From the NCBI GenBank assembly GCA_964236955.1, contig CAXSGP010000079.1, positions 1-22,649 on the forward strand: 22,649 bases of DNA, read 5' to 3'. Shown piece after piece: positions 17,595 to 22,649 of this stretch. Made by a program: the position numbers and the translations under genes. Below the pieces are notes generated by a model. It saw nothing but the letters and a program-made list of their open reading frames with translations, was not told the DNA's origin and did no database searches. The stretch's first letter is position 1. Each line of letters begins with the position of its first letter. This DNA is from an uncultured Oligoflexus sp. (GTDB lineage: Bacteria > Bdellovibrionota_B > Oligoflexia > Oligoflexales > Oligoflexaceae).

Positions 17595-17623
17595 GGCCTT
17601 CTCGATCGGGAGAAGGCCTTTTT
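17595..17623 (+). terminator. Rho-independent terminator
   Basis: GGCCTTCTC-gatcgg-GAGAAGGCC followed by TTTTT. Confidence 0.85.
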
Positions 17624-17735
17624 ATCCGCTTATTGTTCCGCCTCCTGTCAGGCCTTCCCTCGCCTGAAGTCCTCACGCTTCAAGATCGACAAGCCGTGGC
17701 CTTCTCCATTACGATGGCTGCGGAGGGCCCACGCC

Positions 17736-18395
17736 ATGCAATTTTCTGAGCTTAGTCAAAAATGGGGCATAGGGCTGACCGGCGGGATTGCGTCCGGGAA
17801 ATCCACCATTGCGGAACGTTTGAGGCAGCGAGGCTTCGTGGTGATTGACGCCGACCAGATGTCTCGTTTGGTGGTCTTGGCGGGCACCGAGGGCCTCAGG
17901 GAAATCGTGAAGGCCTTTGGGCAGACCATACTCACTGCCACCGGCGAAATGGACAGAGCCAAGATGAGAGATATTGTTTTTAAATCCCCTGATCGGCGTC
18001 TCGTCCTGGAAAAAATTATTCACCATCGCCTGGCCACGGTCAGTGAAGAGCTTTTGGTGCGGGAGCATATCTTTGCGAAGCCCCGCTATTGGTTTTACGA
18101 AGCCAGTCTTCTCTATGAACGCGCCCGAACCAAGGATTTCCATAAAATATGGGTGGCCTACTGTCCTGAGGATATTCAGATTCAACGGGTGATCGCCCGC
18201 GACCGGATTCAGCGCGCCGATGCTGAACTTATTATCAAGGCCCAAATGCCCGTCGCAGAAAAAGTCAAGCAGGCTGACCTTGTCATCGACACGAATTGTG
18301 ACAGGGGGGAACTTGAATGGCGGATTGATCGGGCGCTCGAAACGCTTTCCCCTGACCTCAACCCATCTTCCCCCAAAGGAGAATCGCGTGAGTAA
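17736..18395 (+). CDS. coaE: Dephospho-CoA kinase
   Basis: IGLTGGIASGKST, VIDAD, MDRAKM, LEKIIH and AQMP. Start reassigned to ATG 17736 (GGAGG upstream), downstream of the terminator. Confidence 0.93.
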   Translation: MQFSELSQKWGIGLTGGIASGKSTIAERLRQRGFVVIDADQMSRLVVLAGTEGLREIVKAFGQTILTATGEMDRAKMRDIVFKSPDRRLVLEKIIHHRLATVSEELLVREHIFAKPRYWFYEASLLYERARTKDFHKIWVAYCPEDIQIQRVIARDRIQRADAELIIKAQMPVAEKVKQADLVIDTNCDRGELEWRIDRALETLSPDLNPSSPKGESRE

Positions 18396-20976
18396 AAGAG
18401 GCAAAAAAACCACTCGCAAATCCGGTAGCAAGGAATCGCGGCGATCGAACAATCAACCGCAGCGGAGGGGACGGGGCGATGCCGATGAAAGCAGTCAGGG
18501 AAACGGCCCATCTGCAGCCGAACCTGGTGGCCGTGGGCGGCCCTTTTTTAAACCGGGCAGAAAAGCCTCTGCCGGAAGTTCCGAAGGCCGCCCCTCCCTT
18601 CGCGGCGGCTCTTTACCCGAGATTGAATACCGAGACCAGCTGCTGAGCCCCCATCAGCGGGAAGAGGTCGCTCTGGCCCGTAAAAAAACCGATGAAGCGA
18701 TCAGGGATTGGCTCGCCCAGGCAAAAGCAGCAGCCGAGCAAGCCCGCCGCTCGCCCGACGTGGAATTGCCGATCCTCGAGAGGCTTGATCCCTGGCAGCG
18801 CGAAGCCTATGAAGCCTTGATGAATGGTGAGCACGTTGTGGTCGATGCCCCCACGACAGCGGGTAAGACGCGGGTTGTGGAGGCTTACTTTGACCTTAAT
18901 ATCAGTGATCCTTCGTTTCGAGCTGCCTATACAACCCCGGTAAAAAGTCTGTCCAATGATAAGCTCAAGGAATTCAGCGAGACCTTTGGCCGAGAAAACG
19001 TCGGCATTGCGACGGGAGACATCAAAGAAAACCTGGATGCCCCGATCGTCGTTGCAACCCTTGAATCCTACCGCAATTCGCTACTGGGTGTGGAACCGGA
19101 TCTGGGGCGCTCGTTAGTGGTTTTTGATGAGTATCACTTCATGCAGGATACCAGTCGGGGAAGTGCGTGGGAGGAGGCGATCATTCTCACGCCTCCGTCC
19201 TGTCAGCTCCTCCTGCTGTCGGCATCGGTCGACAATGCAGCTGATTTTTGCGCCTGGATCGAGACCCTGACGAGTAGACGCTGTCGCTTGATTCAGGTCA
19301 AAAAAAGACCGGTACCTTTGGTCGACATGGTTTATTTTCAGGAACAATGGCTGCTGGCCAGTGAGATCGATTCTATTCTTCCCAAGCGACCGGCGAATCC
19401 ATCGAAGTTCCCTCTGGAGCACGATGAGATCGCGCGTCGGCTTTCGACTTTGCCTTCACTCGGCCTCACGCCCGCAATCCTCTATGCCGGCCGGCGCCTG
19501 TCCTGCGAAAATCTCGCGATGGAGATGTGCCGACAGCTCGATCCCATTCCCAAGGAACAGGCGCAGGCCATTCATGATCGGCTCGCCAAGGACTCGGGTG
19601 AAGACGATCCCTTGAAATTCTTTAAGCCCAATCTTCGCCGCTCAATTCTGGTCCATGGAGTGGGCTATCACCATTCCGGACTTGCCCCGCAGGCGCGCCG
19701 CGCGGTGGAAAACCTGGTCAAGGCAGGTCAGCTCCGCGTGTGTGTGGCGACGATGGGATTGAGCATAGGCATTAACTTTTCAGTTCGATCCGCCATGGTC
19801 ACCGATTATTCACGACCCGGCGAACTTGGATTTACAACCTATTCAGCCTCGGAGGTCCTACAGATGCTGGGCCGGGCCGGAAGGCGCGGTCGCGATGTGG
19901 TGGGCTTTAGCCTCTGGCCTTCGGTCGCAGCGTACCAAAAGCTGGGTGGCACCAAACGCGAAGTCTGTGAGTCGCGATTGAAAAATGATCCCACGACTTT
20001 CCTGGGTCTGTTGGGTCGCGGGTTCAAGCTGCGTGACATCGAGAATTTTTACGAAAAAAGCTTTTTGCGCTTTGGAAATAACAAGGTTTCCTTCAACCTG
20101 ATCCGCGAACAGCCAATCAGAAAGGCCCTTGGCGTCGAAAAACTCGCTTGTGGAAGCCCGGCCCATGCCTACGCCCGCTTTCTGGCTGAAGATCCGGAAT
20201 CACCCTGCCATGCCTGTGCCAATCAGGAGCGTTGCCATGCGGTGATTGCCGAAAAAATGGAAAATCCACTGGCTCACCTGCACGTGCATCTGCATACCGT
20301 GGGCTGTATCGACCAGGATGAGCGTCTGACATCGTTTGGATCGATCGCCCGCTATTTCCCTCAGTCGGGCGGGATGCTTTTGGCCTTCCTTATCGATCGC
20401 GGCGACATCGATGTGCCCAATCTCTTGGCCGGCTTGGAACTGATGGGGAGTATGTGTCTCTCGCGCTTTAAAGATCCGCGAATTCCTGCTGAATATGACT
20501 ATCCCTTCGAGGCCAAAGAGGTCGATGAGATGCTGCAGGAGTTTTATCCCCTGGAACTCTTCGAAGAGCTCTACGATCCCCCTAATCAACGGCGTGAAGG
20601 CCACGTCTTCCGAGAATTCAATCCGCTCGGCGGCGCCCTGATCAGTGAATGGGTCAAGGGCATAAGCTGGGGGGATATGGTCAGACAATCGACCGACGAG
20701 AAGTTTGGACAGGGTGATCTCATGAGCCTTTTCTATAGGGCTGCTACCTACCTCCAGTCGGTGGTGCAGGCTAGAATTCCAAAACTGAGTTCAGCCGCCG
20801 CGCAGCTACGCGATGAGATACTCCGCGATCCCTTGACCCCCTCGATCAAAGCATTGAAGAAGGTCAGCGACGACGAGGAGGATGGGGAGGCGGATGGCCT
20901 GGTTCGTGCTAAAGCCGAGGCCGAAAGGGATTTTGATAATGATTTCAATGATAAGGGGGATAATAGGGACGAGTGA
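18388..20976 (+). CDS. Ski2/HelY-like DExH-box RNA helicase
   Basis: APTTAGKT, YTTPVKSLSNDK, DEYH, LSAS, RPVPL, HHSGL, IGINF and QMLGRAGRRG. Start reassigned to GTG 18388 (AAGGAG upstream), overlapping the end of coaE. Confidence 0.92.
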   Translation: MSKRGKKTTRKSGSKESRRSNNQPQRRGRGDADESSQGNGPSAAEPGGRGRPFFKPGRKASAGSSEGRPSLRGGSLPEIEYRDQLLSPHQREEVALARKKTDEAIRDWLAQAKAAAEQARRSPDVELPILERLDPWQREAYEALMNGEHVVVDAPTTAGKTRVVEAYFDLNISDPSFRAAYTTPVKSLSNDKLKEFSETFGRENVGIATGDIKENLDAPIVVATLESYRNSLLGVEPDLGRSLVVFDEYHFMQDTSRGSAWEEAIILTPPSCQLLLLSASVDNAADFCAWIETLTSRRCRLIQVKKRPVPLVDMVYFQEQWLLASEIDSILPKRPANPSKFPLEHDEIARRLSTLPSLGLTPAILYAGRRLSCENLAMEMCRQLDPIPKEQAQAIHDRLAKDSGEDDPLKFFKPNLRRSILVHGVGYHHSGLAPQARRAVENLVKAGQLRVCVATMGLSIGINFSVRSAMVTDYSRPGELGFTTYSASEVLQMLGRAGRRGRDVVGFSLWPSVAAYQKLGGTKREVCESRLKNDPTTFLGLLGRGFKLRDIENFYEKSFLRFGNNKVSFNLIREQPIRKALGVEKLACGSPAHAYARFLAEDPESPCHACANQERCHAVIAEKMENPLAHLHVHLHTVGCIDQDERLTSFGSIARYFPQSGGMLLAFLIDRGDIDVPNLLAGLELMGSMCLSRFKDPRIPAEYDYPFEAKEVDEMLQEFYPLELFEELYDPPNQRREGHVFREFNPLGGALISEWVKGISWGDMVRQSTDEKFGQGDLMSLFYRAATYLQSVVQARIPKLSSAAAQLRDEILRDPLTPSIKALKKVSDDEEDGEADGLVRAKAEAERDFDNDFNDKGDNRDE

Positions 20977-21286
20977 GCCTTTGCTCCAGCGCCTGACAAG
21001 GGTGATACTTCCGCACAGGGAGAAAGCCCCCTGTCTGCCTCCCGTCTGAAGATGGATGCATACAAAGCACCTCAGAAAGCACTGAAAAAGCAGTCCTGCC
21101 GAAATTAAAAATTTCCAAAAATGGCGATTGCCATTAGAATAAATTATTAATTTACCCGCTCAGTTCTCAAGTCTCGCAAGACGTCGAGAAATATCAATTT
21201 TTAAATTCGTTTTCACCGAAAATTTTCTCGGACGTTCGACAATTGTTTAAGGCAAATGCCATCGTTCCGCAATTGAGGAGAATAAC

Positions 21287-22393
21287 ATGTCATCATCAAA
21301 GCCTGGCGCCTTCATTCCATACAGCGATAGCCTGGAAACACCTTTTCCGGACGAAGCCCGGGTCAGTGCCGAGATTTTAACCGTTATGGGCCGCACTCTG
21401 CAGGGCCAGTATACTGTGCACAAAAAAGGTCTTCGGGATGCCCATGCTAAGAGCCACGGAGCCCTGAAGGGGACACTCACGGTCTATGACAAGCTACCGG
21501 AACACTTAAAGCAGGGCCTGTTCGCGACGCCACAATCCTATCCCGTAGTGATTCGGCTTTCAACCTCGCCGGGTACCATACAAAGCGATGAGGTCAATGC
21601 CCTAAGGGCCTTTGCAATCAAAATCATCGGTGTTGAAGGTCCTCAATTGCTTTCGGCCCATAAAAATGAAAAGACGCAGGATCTCTTGCTGGTCAATTCA
21701 ACTATCCTGCCATTCGCAGACCTCGCCGCCTATCTGAAAGCCGTGAAAATGGGCGAGAGGAAAATCAACGGTTCCGTAGCAGAAAAGCTAAAAACCGTAA
21801 AAATTGCCGGACGAATCCATTCGATTCTAAAATTTTTTGGTCAGGAGAAAGTCCTTCTTAAGGCTCTGACGTCGCCGCACACCCACATTCTGGGCGAGAC
21901 GATGCATACTGCGGGCGTGCTGCGATTCGGGAACTATTTCGGGAGGATCAGCGTCGCCCCTTTATCTTCGAATGTTAAGGCCCTGGCAGGACTAATCGTC
22001 GATCCCAGCGGTAAACCCGAGCTGATTCGGGAGCAGGTCACCGGCTTTTTTGCAAAGCAATCAGCAGAATATGAACTACGCATTCAGCTCTGCACGGATT
22101 TAGACAGGATGCCTGTCGAAAATCCATCGGTTGAATGGCCAGAGGCTCTCTCGCCCCATCTGCCGATCGGGAAGATAGTCCTGCCAATGCAAGATACCGG
22201 TTCCGAGTCCCGGCGACGCTTTGTGGATGACGTGTTAAGCTTCAATCCCTGGCATGGTATAGAAGCTCATCGCCCTCTTGGAAATCTCATGCGGGTCCGG
22301 CGTCTGGCTTATGAGCAATCGTCGAAGATGCGCCATAAATTGAACAAGCTTGAACGTTTTGAACCGCGTAGTATCAGCGATATTCCGGACTGA
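21287..22393 (+). CDS. Short catalase-like heme protein
   Basis: RDAHAKSHG (distal His), IRLS, AIKI, QDLLLVN, SFNPWH, HRPLG and RRLAY (proximal Tyr). SD GAGGAG. Confidence 0.88.
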   Translation: MSSSKPGAFIPYSDSLETPFPDEARVSAEILTVMGRTLQGQYTVHKKGLRDAHAKSHGALKGTLTVYDKLPEHLKQGLFATPQSYPVVIRLSTSPGTIQSDEVNALRAFAIKIIGVEGPQLLSAHKNEKTQDLLLVNSTILPFADLAAYLKAVKMGERKINGSVAEKLKTVKIAGRIHSILKFFGQEKVLLKALTSPHTHILGETMHTAGVLRFGNYFGRISVAPLSSNVKALAGLIVDPSGKPELIREQVTGFFAKQSAEYELRIQLCTDLDRMPVENPSVEWPEALSPHLPIGKIVLPMQDTGSESRRRFVDDVLSFNPWHGIEAHRPLGNLMRVRRLAYEQSSKMRHKLNKLERFEPRSISDIPD

Positions 22394-22399
22394 CTTCCG

Positions 22400-22573
22400 T
22401 CACGTCCCAGAGGCGGCTATCTCGGCGGGAGGCAAAGGCCTGTTAGGGTCACAGCAATCATCCTGAGCAGGGGATTTTGCAAGTGAGGGCCTGACGACCT
22501 GTCCTTCATCTTGGGAATTGAAAAATCGGAAGGGCCAGTAATGCCAATTTTTCCGGTGTTTTATGCGTTCCAC
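22400..22573 (-). CDS. Putative 57-aa small protein (not in the ORF track)
   Basis: Perfect SD TAAGGAGG 5 nt before a GTG. Translation MERIKHRKNWHYWPFRFFNSQDEGQVVRPSLAKSPAQDDCCDPNRPLPPAEIAASGT*. It ends 6 nt from the stop of the catalase-like gene. Confidence 0.45.
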   Translation of the reverse strand: MERIKHRKNWHYWPFRFFNSQDEGQVVRPSLAKSPAQDDCCDPNRPLPPAEIAASGT

Positions 22574-22596
22574 GCGACCCTCCTTAGTTAAACCTA

Positions 22597-22649
22597 CTAG
22601 GGGCTGTTGACGTTTGAGATAAGTGATTGAAAAGTACAGGCAAACTCGT
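22597..22649. mobile_element. Possible terminal inverted repeat of an IS5-family element or MITE, running off the right edge
   Basis: CTAG followed by GGGCTGTTGACGTTT resembles the ends of CTAG/TA-targeting IS5-family elements. The partner end and transposase are not visible. Confidence 0.35.

Noticed and set aside
17523..17735. N-terminal extension of coaE in the ORF track
   Set aside because: It overlaps the upstream gene and crosses a terminator. ATG 17736 has an SD and fits the family start.
18220..18387. N-terminal extension of the helicase ORF
   Set aside because: It lies inside coaE. GTG 18388 has an AAGGAG SD.
20200..20240. CHACANQERCH in the helicase as a heme c site
   Set aside because: It is not CxxCH and the protein is cytoplasmic. 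A Zn site is more plausible.
21133..21152. TTAGAATAAATTATTAA as a PerR/Fur box
   Set aside because: It does not fit the 7-1-7 symmetry and is expected by chance in AT-rich DNA.
1..22649. CRISPR array, tRNA/rRNA, prophage or recognisable defence system
   Set aside because: No regularly spaced repeats, RNA gene signatures or phage genes were seen. The kinase, PP2C and helicase are membrane-signalling or housekeeping types rather than a known defence cassette.

Overview
Bacterial chromosomal window of roughly 50-55% GC by eye. The gene content suggests Bdellovibrionota/Oligoflexia or a related lineage (inference). The centre is a putative envelope-signalling cluster. On the minus strand are a DUF429-like Cys-cluster protein and then a coupled PP2C phosphatase, GYF-like membrane protein and TPR/beta-barrel outer-membrane protein. 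On the plus strand are a second TPR/beta-barrel protein (Slam-like C-terminus), a PilZ protein, a cN-II-type 5'-nucleotidase and a membrane Ser/Thr kinase with PEGA-like domains. Sigma28 (FliA)-like promoters lie upstream of the kinase, the phosphatase operon and a lipoprotein cytochrome c. Flanking genes are pepD, a small lipoprotein, a FlbD-like small protein, a beta-helix/diheme cytochrome c fusion, coaE coupled to a Ski2/HelY-like helicase, and a short catalase-like protein. Three elements are missing from the ORF track: a decayed IS4-family transposase fragment at the left edge, a 57-aa ORF with a perfect SD near the right edge, and a possible IS5-type terminal repeat at the right edge. 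No rRNA, tRNA or CRISPR array was seen. All family calls come from motif recognition by eye, not from database searches.
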